64,000 bases of DNA. Origin: Peribolospora baueri. Taxonomy: Eukaryota. The stretch covers positions 1 to 64,000 of the forward strand of contig JAMDHS010000090.1 of assembly GCA_029717555.1 (NCBI GenBank), in the 5' to 3' direction. The notes beneath the pieces were generated by a model, which was not told where the DNA came from, searched no databases, and was given only the letters and a program-made list of their open reading frames with translations. Made by a program: the position numbers and the translations under genes. The stretch's first letter is position 1. Every line of letters starts with the position of its first letter. Shown piece by piece: positions 51,195 to 62,540 of the stretch.

Positions 51195-52673
51195 ATGGTA
51201 TTCCAACCTTTTAACCTTGAAAAGCAGGTAAGCTGCTCACCTGTCCCCTTTCCGCCGCAGAACGACACGATCGGTCGCCCTGCTCGCGATTCGCTCTCGA
51301 TTTAGTACGCTCACCCATTCGTCACCTATCCCGTTTGCAGTTGAGCTTCTACGGGGCGTATCACTCGAACAAGGTCAATGTTGGCATTCATGTGAGTCTC
51401 GTCGCTTGTATGTTGGAGGATCGCCACCCGACGCCTGAAGTTTCGCTGACGCTCTCGTTGCAGATTGTATGCGTGCCCCTGATCGTGTGGTGAGTGCCAG
51501 CTTCTCCTTCCTCTGTCCTTCCCTTTTGCCCCACTCCGCCCTTGTTGAGCCTGAACGACTGCTCTTGCTGATCGCCGACTCCATATCTCTTCCCCCTCCC
51601 TTGCACCGTCTCTCTCCGCATTGCAGGAGCTTGGGCGTCCTCCTCGTAAGCGTCACTCCTCCCGGCGGCCTCCTCGACCTCCTCCCTCCTGAGGTACGCG
51701 CCGGCCTTTCCGTCTACGTAGCACCCAGGATCCCGGACGCGCTCAAGACGGCGGCAACCAGGTTGGACCCATCCCTCGGTCTCGACTGGTATTCCGCGTT
51801 CCTTGGCGTGTACTGGATGTATTACATGATCTTGGATCCCGTGGCCGGGGTGAGTAGGTGCTCGAGTATCTCGAGGCAAGAAAGGTCCGTGGACCGGCTC
51901 GGCTTGGGAGGCGAATCAGAGCATGCTGACTCTCTCATCTCTCGCTCGCCTCTTGTCGCACAGATGCTGATTCTGCCCATAATGATGCTATCCCACTCCG
52001 GCGCTCACTCCTTTGTCAACGCCTACCCGGCTCGCCAATCCGCAGGCGCGGCCGACTTCCTCATCTCCAAGCTCGGCCTGCCTCCGCCCGCCTCTGCCGC
52101 CTCCCTCGCCGGCTTCAGCGCGGCCCAGATCGCCGCGGTTTTGCACGCCTTCAGCTGGATCATGCAGTTTATCGGTCATGGCAAATTCGAGGGCAGGGCC
52201 CCCGCACTACTCGGTAAGTTAAGGGGAGCCTAGTAGACGACGGTCGTGTTGGAGGGAAATCCATAAATTAGATAGCCTTGGGCTTTCGGGTTTTCTGACT
52301 GTCACTGATCCATGCTCTGTTTCCTCCCGTTAAATGGGACCACCAGACAACCTTCTGGGAGGTGTGTCACCTTTCATGCCCACCTAGTGCAGCTCGCGTT
52401 CATCCGTATTTCTCTCGTCCGCCGACGCATCTCTAACCCTCTCCCTCCCTTCCCCTTCTCCCGCGTGTCCGCTCCACCAAACCACACCAACCTTCAGCTG
52501 TCGTCCTAGCCCCCTTCTTCGTCTTCCTCGAAATCCTCTTCCTCGTCGGCTACCGTCCCAACCTCCAGAAGCGCGTTAAGAACGAGACGGGAAAGCTGAT
52601 CACTCAGTTCCGTCGCCAGCGCACCGAGAAGGCCAGGGCGCAGGCCGGGAATGTGGAGAAGAAGATGGAGTGA
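51195..52673 (+). CDS. MPO1: DUF962 / Mpo1-like 2-hydroxy fatty acid dioxygenase, ER membrane protein
   Basis: [59 protein letters not shown]; C-terminal KKME (KKXX ER-retrieval motif); 15-nt exon at 52347-52361. Confidence 0.88.
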
Positions 52674-53321
52674 CGCACATCAGGAAGGGGGAGGGGGAAG
52701 TGACTAGCTTTTGACGATCGACCTTGGGCGCACGCCGGGACGAGGTTGTGCGCCTCGGACCTGGGCGGCGAGGAGTTGATAGACGAACACGAGAGGGATG
52801 ATGCGTGCGAGCGAAAGAGATGAAGATCTTCGACATGACCGAACCTGTTCCCGCTTCTCCACCCGACCTTCGTCCTTTCTGGCCTCGCCCCCATGCAGCG
52901 TCTTTGTTTTTGTTTGTACGCCTTTCGCCAGCTTCCCAGTTTCCCTTCGCTTGCCTCTCTTATCTTCTCCGTCCTGCACTGCCGTACCCTACCCTGACGA
53001 TACTCTGCGCCTCGCCCTCTCTACCTTGCTTTCTTCCTCCCGGCGAACACGCTCGCGAGCAAGTTCGCCGCCGGCTCCGCTTCTCAGTGCCGACGTAGGA
53101 CGTCGGACGGCGTGCTTAGCTAGTAAAATTCCTTTGATGAAACGGCGTCGGGCCCACCGTCGGGCCCACCTACGAGGCTGGAACGGGCCCCAGGTCGAAT
53201 TTGGACTCGATGAAATCGGACAGGATTGGTATCTCGAACCCGAAGTGCAGACGGCGCCCCGATTGGCCGCGATTTACCTGCTTCTTGTCTTCCCCCTCCG
53301 ATTCGATTCGAGCCGATCCGC

Positions 53322-55523
53322 TCACTTCCCGTCCAAGCCAGCGCTCGACAGCCGCACGATCAGGTCGGCATAAAAGGGGATCGAGTCGAGGAAGGTCTGA
53401 ACGGGAATGTATTCGTTGTGCTGGTGAAGGAGGGCTGGGAGGGAGGGGAGGTAGGAGATGCCTGATGTGGGCAAAAAGTAGAACGAGGGGGTGATAATCG
53501 GAAGAAGCGTGCCCATCAGCTTGGAATCCTCTCACTCGACCTTTCCATCAAAGAGAAAGTAGATGGAGGAAGGCGGACGTTCGCCGTGCGCTCGTCGTCC
53601 CGCTCACCGAGAGCCGGAACGCCTTTGGCTCGGACGAACCTCGAGTCCGTCGCCGCCGGAAAGACTTCTGGGTGGAGGCCGATGTTGCGAGAGGCGGCAA
53701 CGCGCTGGATCTCTTTGTACCAACTGAATGAAAAGATCGGTAAGTAAGCGGGCGTGATGGTTCAGGGCCAGAAACGACAAGATAGACGAGGCGAGCAAGG
53801 AAAGAAGGAAGTGCGTGGACGCACAAATTATCATCGTCGAGCGAAGTTACGTGGGAAGAGTTCCAGTATTGCTCGAAGCGATACGTCACTCTGGAAGCCG
53901 GTGGAGGAGGCGGGATACGGGGACAAATGGGGAGTTTTGCCTCAGAAAACTGCCCAGTCGCAGATCATAGGGAACGGGTGGAAGCCAGCACACCCTTCTT
54001 CGCTAGAACACCACTCTTTGATCTGCGCCTCAAACTGGGGTTACGAGGTTCGGCCATGCTGGATCAGCATAGGCGGCAACCAGCGGCATGAAGACATTTG
54101 GGCTCACTCACCTTGTCTTTATCGACCCACGGCGAGACGCGAATGTCAAACCCAGCCTCGGCGACTCCGGGAACGATGCTGCGAGACGCAAAGAAGGAGG
54201 TGAATCAAAGCTTAAGTCCAATTCAGAGCACATGGCATTTCTCCTCGTCTCACTTGAAACTTTTCCCCTCTCCGGCGCTCAGCTTGGTCAGATTGAGCGT
54301 CGTCACGTCGCCCAGCTCGTTCTGGCGCCCGTCCTGCGGCCTCTTGCCGATGGAAGCGAGGGTTCGCTGCACCTCGTGGAAGGCAAGCACTTTGCCTGCG
54401 ATGCGGTTTAGCTTCTCCGGAGCTGTAGGAGCATGGAATTGGGAGCCATGGCCTTCTGGGCCCGTCGCCCTTATCATGAGCCACCTGCGGCGCTTGCCGT
54501 GAAAAAGGGCCATGAGCGATGCAAACGCACAGGGCTCGATGGAGGACTTGCTCCGGAAAGACGGAAGATCGCGGAATGCCGCTCACCAGGGCGAGCGCTC
54601 GGCGTAGAACACGCGCAGGTCGGGGCCTGCGGGATTGGCGATACCTTCGTCTGGGGTACGAGATACGAGACATGGAGAACGCAGCGGAATGTGAGTCCTC
54701 CACGGAACAGTCCACCAGCAGTGCGACTTACCGAGGGCGAAGCCGACGTTGAGCTGGTTGAAAGTCTTGTCGTCTACCCACGCCCGGACGCCTTCCTCTC
54801 CTCCAATCTCCTCGTCAGGGCCCCATACAAAGTGTACCGTCCTCTCCGGCTGCCAGGAAGGGTCGATGGTGCGGAGGTGACGCAGCGCTTCGAGGTAGGC
54901 CGCGCCTACGCACTGAAGAGGTACCGAGAAGGGGCGCACGTGAGCTTGACGGAGACGCAGAGAGGATAAGGAAAGAGGAAGCGTGCCTTCATATCCTGCG
55001 ACCCCCGAGCGTAGATCTTGCCGTCGTGGATCTCAGCAGCGAAAGGGTCGTGTTCCCTGAAAGAAAGCGAAGCAGACGCGGAGCGGCTTGAGCCTTCCAA
55101 GGATTCAGACGCCCTCTAATACAATGCCTGGAAGAGAATGAATTCCAAATGTCCCGCACCATCGATCCAACGCAACGGGCACAACGTCCATATGGCAATC
55201 TGTGAAGGCAGACAAAGAGATGGTGGAAGCGACGCTCGCAAACGCGTGCGAGGTCACGCGTCAGGGCACTCACATAACATCAAGCTCGTCTCCTCCTTCT
55301 TCTTCCCGCCCAACGTCATGATGGCGACAGGGAGCCCGCTGACTGGCTCGACGGTTTGAAACTGCAAACCGAGCTCCTTGGCCTGGGCGCGCAGCCATTC
55401 GACGCACTCTGCATAAGCGGGCTCGGGATGGACGGTGCGTATGCGGAGCAAGTCCTGGAAGCGGGACACGGCGGCGTCGCCGTTTGAAGAAGCGCAAGCG
55501 GGCGTGGGGAGGTCGATGACCAT
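53322..55523 (-). CDS. ACY1: Aminoacylase-1 (M20A N-acyl-L-amino-acid amidohydrolase)
   Basis: FQDLLRIRTVHPEPAY, HMDVVPV, IYARGSQDMKCVG, PDEEIGG, LNVGFALDEGIA, VFYAERSPWW, GHGS, GDVTTLNLT, FPAATDSRF, LLHQHNE. Confidence 0.9.
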
Positions 55524-55911
55524 GGTCTTAAGTGTCGGACGTTCAGAGAAGGGGTTACGTGCAAGAAGTGTGGTTGCTCCACCTCGAGATTCCCCTCGCC
55601 GCCCTCTTTTCTCGACGCGGCCGTCTAGAGTCTCCCCGCAAACCTCAATTGGGCTGGTGGGCGGCCCAAGCGTCACCCGGGAACGACAATTACGTCATCC
55701 TACCGCAGCACGAACTGCGGTGGAGAGAGTTTTTCCCACTCCCGTCGATCATCGTCGTGCCGGTGACAGAACTCCATTCGACGGTACTTGGCATCCTCGA
55801 TCACCAGATACTCTACTAGACAAGGTAAGCATACGTGCAGACGGGCGAAGTAGGTCGGTGGGGGACGACGGAGAGCTGACGGAATGGAGGTACACTCGGG
55901 CGCGGGCACAG

Positions 55912-56560
55912 ATGGTCAAGCTCGAAGAGGTCACCGACGAGCACTTCGAGAAGAAGGCCGAGGGCTTGGCCTCGGACGACGAGTCGGACGCGCTCTCCAT
56001 GGCGTCGTCGGACCTGTCGGACTCGGACGAGGAGGAGGAGGACGACGACGAGATGGCGCTCGCGCTACCTCGCGAGTCGCTCCTCGACAGGGTGTACGCG
56101 CTGAAGGACATGGTCTCGCCGCAGACGCGGAAGAACCTGGTGGCGACGGCGCAGAACACGGCGTCGTTCGTGAGGGTGGGAGGACGGTTGGTCGGAAACG
56201 TGGTCTGGGTGGTGACCACGTCGGCGCTCCTCCTCGGTCTTCCTCTCGCACTGGCCATCGACGACGAGGGGCGGATTGTGGCGCAGGAGAAGGAGTTGCA
56301 GATGCAGCAGCAAGGCGCTCAGCAGGTGAGTGAGATGTTCCGGTGTTGGTCTGCTCTCCAACGTCGCATCGCAGTATGGGGGATGGTTAGCGCGTTGGTT
56401 GTCGTCGTCCGTCTACGCTCGTTCGCTCGAGTGACCATTTCCCCTTTTTTCTTTCGGCCCTCTCGCCCAGATGCTGTCTCCCGGGGCGATCTACGGCCAG
56501 CCGCAACAGCAGCAGCAGCAGCAGGGCGGCCAGAAGACGCTCACGCCATCAGGGTTCTAA
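55912..56560 (+). CDS. TOM22: Mitochondrial outer-membrane import receptor Tom22
   Basis: MVKLEEV, acidic cytosolic domain, ESLLDRVYALKDMVSP, TM WVVTTSALLLGLPLALAI, Gln-rich IMS tail. Intron 56326-56470, plus a 5'UTR intron ending at 55911. Confidence 0.93.
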
Positions 56561-57657
56561 GCCCAAGTGCGAGCGCGAGTCGAGTCCACGTCGAGTCGAG
56601 TTCGTCGATCGGTCGACCGTCGTTGCACTGCGTCGAGTCGGACGCGTGCCCACTCTGTCTCTTTTCCCCACCGCTTGCAAAGGCGATGTACACGTATCCC
56701 ACCCATGCCCGGAGGATCGCGATCTCCTGTCCCCCGTCTTCTTCTTCCCTTTCCTGTTTCTTCTCGCTCCATGCATCCATGCAACGAACGACCGACTGAC
56801 TGACCGACCGAGCTCACTGCTTCCATTCAATTCTCACTCTCGCCTGTTGTTCCCTCGATCGTCGTCCGTACACCGCGCCATGAGCGGAGGAGGAGGAGAG
56901 AGGAGGTCGCAGGCGGGACGCTGCGCTCGTCCCATGCCATGCCATGCCATCAAGGCCTTCCTTCCTTCCTCCCTTCCTTCTTATGCTCATCCGTTCGTCA
57001 CACAATCGCACCTCGCTCACTGGCTCGCTCGCTCGATCGTTCGATCGATCGATTCGATTCGATTTCCTCGCGACAAAGCAATCGATCATTCTGAGATGGA
57101 TACGGACGGTTTTGTTTGGTTATTTTTATACAGGGCCGCGTGGGAGGCGCGGGCACGGAAAGGAAAGGGAAAGGAAAGGAAAGGGATGGGTTGGATGGAT
57201 TGGAGAGGGTATTAGGGCGGAGGAAGAGGAAGAGGAGATGGAGATGGATTAGACCGGGATTCGAAGCAGGCCGGAAGACGGGAAACGAGACTAGACGAGA
57301 TGAGACGACGTGGACGTGGACGGCTATCGGCTACAGGGGGTTTGTTACGAACGACGGGCTGACTGGATAGCTGAGCTGGATTGGACCGGGTCGAGTCGTT
57401 GTCGAAAGCGAGAGCGAGTGCGAGGAAGATGAAAAATGGGGGGATGACCGTTGGCTGTTTGGCTAGCGGGCTCGGACTGAACGGAGCCTGGAGAAGGAGG
57501 GGGCGTCGATCTGGTGGATCGATCGGATGAGAGGAGGAAGAAGAAAGGTGAGCGTTGGTTACATCCGACTACGGCGACCGTCCACCGTCGGTCTTCTTGT
57601 GCTCACGCACCCCTCTGACAGCGGAAGGCTTCCCTCAAACGGGCGGGTTGCCCGCCA

Positions 57658-57936
57658 TCATGAAGCGAGGGCGTGGCTGTAGACGGCGTCGGCGTCGACG
57701 GAGTGCACCTGCATCTTGGCCTTGACCTTGGCGGGGTGCGCGGCGGCGGGGGGTACGTCGGCGACGGTGTCGTAGGCCTTGGTCATGGGGGAGATGTGAC
57801 CGAGAGAGGGAGGGGCGGCGGAGGCGGAGGCGGAGGGGGCGGCCCTTGCGAGCTTGGCGACGGCGGGGGAGGGGTTGGAGGGACGAGCGAAGACGGCGAG
57901 GGTGGGGAAGGGGACGCGCAGGGCTCTGGGGGCCAT
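57658..57936 (-). CDS. Small (92 aa) Ala/Pro-rich orphan protein
   Basis: ATG in good context (CCCAACATGGCC), very strong C-ending codon bias like neighbouring genes, CT-rich leader. No recognised domain. Confidence 0.6.
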   Translation of the reverse strand: MAPRALRVPFPTLAVFARPSNPSPAVAKLARAAPSASASAAPPSLGHISPMTKAYDTVADVPPAAAHPAKVKAKMQVHSVDADAVYSHALAS

Positions 57937-58609
57937 GTTGGGCTGGACGAGGTGGGTGATGGGGGGATGGATGGTGGAGAGGAGGAGGAGGAGGGGCTTC
58001 TTAAGCTTTTGAGGGCCGTCTCACTCTGGACTTTGTTGCTCGCTGTCTGCTATCTGTCTATCTGCCTATCTATCTCTCCGCACCTTCATCCGCACCTTCA
58101 GCCCGTCGTCGTCGTCCACGGCTGGCGCCGTCCGTGGTGACGTTGGCCGGGAGCGATGCGATGCGAGTCGTGTGCATATACGCGCACATGGCACCAGAGT
58201 AAGTAAGTAAGTAAGGAAGGTTAGGATAGGATAGGATAGGCGGGGCGGGGAGCGCAGGGCAGCAGGGGAGACGAGGTGCGCAGCGCGGAGGGAAGCGCAA
58301 GTGCAAGTGGTCAGCGCAAGCGCCGCTTGCATGCGTCGACCGAACAAATGGGACGAATGAGACGAACTGATGGAACGCAAAGTCGCCTGCTCCCGACGCT
58401 GCTCATCGCGCCGGCTTGAGACAGACGTAGACAGACGGACGACCGCCTCTCCAGTGCGCCAAGCACGCCAGTCAGCGCGCCCCCTCGCCGGTGGTTAGTT
58501 AGGCCACGCAGGGTCATCTGGGCACTGGGCGGCGCCAAGCGAACGACGAACGAACGAGCGGGGGAGCAAGCGCGGGGGAGCGATGGTGGGGCGCTATATG
58601 TTTATTCGT

Positions 58610-58647
58610 TGGGGATGGGGATGGGGATGGGGATGGGGATGGGGATT
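58610..58647. repeat. (GGGGAT)n microsatellite
   Basis: About six tandem GGGGAT units. Confidence 0.9.
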
Positions 58648-59387
58648 GGGGAGACGAGGCGAGAAAAGATTCTTGCTTGGCGATTCGGAGATGGCCGACC
58701 GAGTCCATCCAACGACCACCGTCGCCGAGAGAACAGAGAGCACAGCGCGACGTTGGGGATGCGGACCCCATGCATGCCCACCTCGACCCGACTCAACACC
58801 AACAAACACCGCAATCGACACTTGCGTCCGTAGTTAGATGACCTGCCTGCCTGCCTAGCGCCAAGCCGCAGCCTCGCACGGACCACACGGGCGCCCACCC
58901 GCCCCCTCACTCCGTCCTCGCCTCCCAGCCAGCCGCCAGCGAGGCGATTCTGGGGCCGCGCAACAAGAAGAAAGGGCGATGGATGGATGGATGGATGGGG
59001 GCAAGGATAACCGCCCGTGCCGTGCCGTGACGTGACGTGTCCTCATCGATCGATCGGCATTCGCCCTCCGATGCGACCCGTCCGTCGCCCACTGTCCCCG
59101 CATGTACATCTGACGTGCTCGCCAGGCGGGGACACAAATCGAGGCGGCCGAACGGGCGGGCGGGCGGGAGGGATGCGAGGAGACGGTGAGGACTGACTAT
59201 CCTACAGCAACGACGTTGCACGCCTTGCTTGGGCAGGCACGGCCGTCGGCGTCGCATCACCGCATCGAACGGCCAGCCAGCCTGCCTCCTCTTCCTCTCT
59301 TTCTCTTTCTCTGCCTCGGCGGACACAAACCTTTGTGGATGCCGGTCGAAGTAGCGTCGCGTTGCTGTCTGTACTCGCTCGCGATCG

Positions 59388-59420
<33 letters not shown>

Positions 59421-60103
59421 TCCTCTACGCACGGGCCCTGCTTGTCGTTTGTCGTTGACGGGGGAGGAAGGATTCTGCGCCGCGAGCTAAGCAAGGAAGG
59501 AGCGATGCGATGCTCGACGTGAGCGAGCCAAGCCCACTCTGTCCCCGACGGAGGGGAGGCCAAGGACAGAGACGACGCAGGGAAGGGACGGATGAGAACG
59601 TCGGCGTACAGCGCGGGGGCAACGGCGACGGCAGCGGGCGCCGGTCGAGCTGCCCTGTCCTGCCCTGTCCTGTCCTGTCGGGTCCTTCCTTCAGGATGCG
59701 CGATCTTTTTCGGATGTCGCCTTCCGTCGCCATCGTCGTTGTTGTCGTCGCCCACCTCGTCGTCGCTGCCACCTCATCACCGTCTCCGCATCGCCGTCTC
59801 GTCGTCCCCAACCAACTTCGTTCCTCGACGCCAACACCGCCATCTCCGCCCATCTCCGCCCATCTCCGCCTCCGCCTCCGCCTCCGCCTTCGCCTGATCC
59901 CTCGCTGTCCCATATCGTTTCTTTCTGCTATTCTCATCCCCTCCTTTTCTTTTTTCTTGTCCTCCCACGCCCTCCTTCGCCTTTCGTATACCCATACGGA
60001 TCACGCTCCCCTTGCTCCCTTCCTTCTACGATACCCCCCCACAACGTCTCCCCACTAGCCAAGCCAACACCGCCGACAGCCGACCCTGCTACGCCGCAAG
60101 ACC

Positions 60104-60778
60104 ATGGTCGACCTTCCCAACCCCGCTTGCGTCGGCCGCACCCAGCCGCCCATCCACTGGTACGCCCGCGAGGTCAAGCTCCTCAACGCCGGCACCACCG
60201 TCACCACCACCGCCAAAACCCACGTCTCAAAAACCCACGTCTCAAACCCTGCCGCGACGTCCACCGCCGTCGCCTCCAAAGGACCCCTCACCCGCGTAGA
60301 GGACTACCTCTGGCGCAAGTGGAGGCTCTTCGAGGTCACCTTTGCGCTCTACATGGTCGAGCCCTGGGAGAAGGTCGTCATCCGTGCGTATCTTCTTTCT
60401 TTTCCTGCCTTCACCGACGCCCCCGCGTACTTGCTCGCCCCCCGCTCTGTGCACACAGATATACTCACTCGCCACGCCATTCTTCCAGTCACCTTTGCCG
60501 CCTCCGTCACGCTCCTCCTCCTCTTCTCCACCTACTACTACCTCCCCTCCCACATCAAGCTCGTCCTCCGCCGCGCCGTCTACTACCTTTTCGACGTCGA
60601 CGCCGACTCGCCTTCCTCCTTCCTTTCCAAGTCTTCCTCCTCCTCCTCCCCAGCCACCCCACCGACAGCCGAAGGCTTCGCCGCCTCCCTCCTCGCCCTC
60701 CTCGGTGCCCCCGCCCGCGCCCTCTTCCCTTCTTCTTCTTCCACCTTCGCCGCGACGGCGACGGCTGCGACGACGTGA
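60104..60778 (+). CDS. Serine palmitoyltransferase small-subunit-like protein (ssSPT/Tsc3-like, DUF3317)
   Basis: YLWRKWRLFEVTFALYMVEPWEK then a TM segment and YYYLPSHI. Intron 60384-60488 (105 nt, in frame). Confidence 0.85.
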   Translation: MVDLPNPACVGRTQPPIHWYAREVKLLNAGTTVTTTAKTHVSKTHVSNPAATSTAVASKGPLTRVEDYLWRKWRLFEVTFALYMVEPWEKVVIRAYLLSFPAFTDAPAYLLAPRSVHTDILTRHAILPVTFAASVTLLLLFSTYYYLPSHIKLVLRRAVYYLFDVDADSPSSFLSKSSSSSSPATPPTAEGFAASLLALLGAPARALFPSSSSTFAATATAATT

Positions 60779-62540
60779 CGTGCGAGGCGCGTCAATGTGG
60801 TGGATGAGCTTGGATGACTCGGCGATCGGTGGGAGACGAGACAGGAGACGACGGACGAGGGGTTTTCTGCTCATCGGTACGCGGCGGTTTCGCCAGGAAG
60901 GACAAAGGCCCCGTTCAGGTTTCACGACCCTTTTTTCTGCTTCTATCCCCTCCCGTCCGGCCAAACCGCCGGCCAAACCGCCGGTTCCCTTCGAAACCGC
61001 TCAGCGGGACGACCCTTCTCTCAGCGTCTCAGCAGCTGCTGCCGATCGTCTCGTCTCCCTGAGCTGGAGCCCCCTTCCCCTTCGCACGCTCATGTGATGT
61101 GCACGTACGCTTTACAAAGCCGCCGCCAATTCCGCCTCGTGGACACCTCTATCTTTTACATGCGCCCGTTCAACGGCGGTCCTCGTCGGGCCGAGCTGTG
61201 CTGTGCCGCGCTGCGCACCACTGTCCCGCGGCGAGCGTTCTCCTCTCCGTCCGGCTTTGCGCCTCGTTTTGTGGACCATCTCGGCCCTCCTTCCTCTCTT
61301 CTCCGCCGCCTCGGCGCCGGCGCAAGTGGCGAAGCGGGCCGGGCAGGCACCGCCGCTTCGTCGTCCGACCGGACCGAGTCGAGCAGGCGCGACGCGACGC
61401 AACGCTACGCGGCGAGTTTGTCTTCCTCCTCGTCCGTCCGACGCGATCGGCGGAGTGAACGCGGTGCTCGTCGCTCTCCTCTTTTCCTGTTCGCGTGCGG
61501 CACTTCCTCCTCTGCTCTTTCTTCCTCGATTCGATTCGCTCCCTCCCTCCCTCCCTTCGTCTTCGCCTTGCGTTCTCCCATCCTCCATGCCCCTCCCATC
61601 TCTTCCTTCCCTTTCTTCCACCGAACGGACACTCGCGGACTCGACCGGACCGGCCCACGGGACTGGACTGAACTGGTCAGGATATGATCTGTTGGAACGT
61701 TAGAATGAATACCCCCTCCCGCTCCCCTCCTTCCTTCTTCTTCCAACGACAGCTGTCGGTCGAGTCGACCTTTGTGTATCATACGTCTGAAAGAACAACC
61801 CCTTCCCTTCTCCTTCGTCTTTCTCTTCTCATGTACCCGGTCGGGCTGGCGACGACGCGGGAGGACGGAAATGGGATGCGTGGTTTTAAGAGAGCATTGA
61901 TTGGCGCGAACACGCACGGACGTATGGCCATCCCTTCGTTCCTTCTTTCTTTCCTTCCTTCCTTCCTTCCTTCTTTCTTTCCTTTCTGGCCGAGGCACAC
62001 GTTATCGCGTTGGCCCTTGGGATGGGATGGGATGGTCCGTGCGCCAAGGAGGAAGGAAGGGAGGAAGGGAGGGAGAAAGGGAGAGGCGCGACGGCGCTGC
62101 TCGCTCCTTCCTTTTCCTTCCTCGACGCCCGTCCGTCTGTCTGTTTGTCTGTTTGTCTGTTTGTCTCGGCGTTGTTAAATTCCTTCTTTTTTACTTTTAT
62201 TTTTTATTTTTATTTTTATTTTTATTTTTTTCGCTCGTCTTCTTCTTCTTCTACTTCTTCCGATTCGCGACGTGTAAAAGCGTGGCGTGTAATGTTGGGG
62301 CATAGGCAAAGTCTCTTCGGCGGCGGCGGCGGTCGGTCGATCGTCCATTGGCGGAGTCGCGACCGGGGCCGGGGCCGATGAGAGGTCGCTCCGTCGTTCG
62401 TTCGTTCGTTCTGTTCGTTGGAAGTTCCCCTCCAGACAGAGAGGGAGAGGGAGAGGAAATGCATAGCAAGACTTTTGGCGGAAAAGAGGCGGCCGAGGAT
62501 ACCTGCGCTCGCGCTCGCGCTCGCGCTCGCGGACGACGCC

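Noticed and set aside
55435..56799. 454-aa ORF suggesting an extended Tom22
   Set aside because: Reads through a 5'UTR intron and the 145-nt coding intron; the spliced model gives a normal Tom22.
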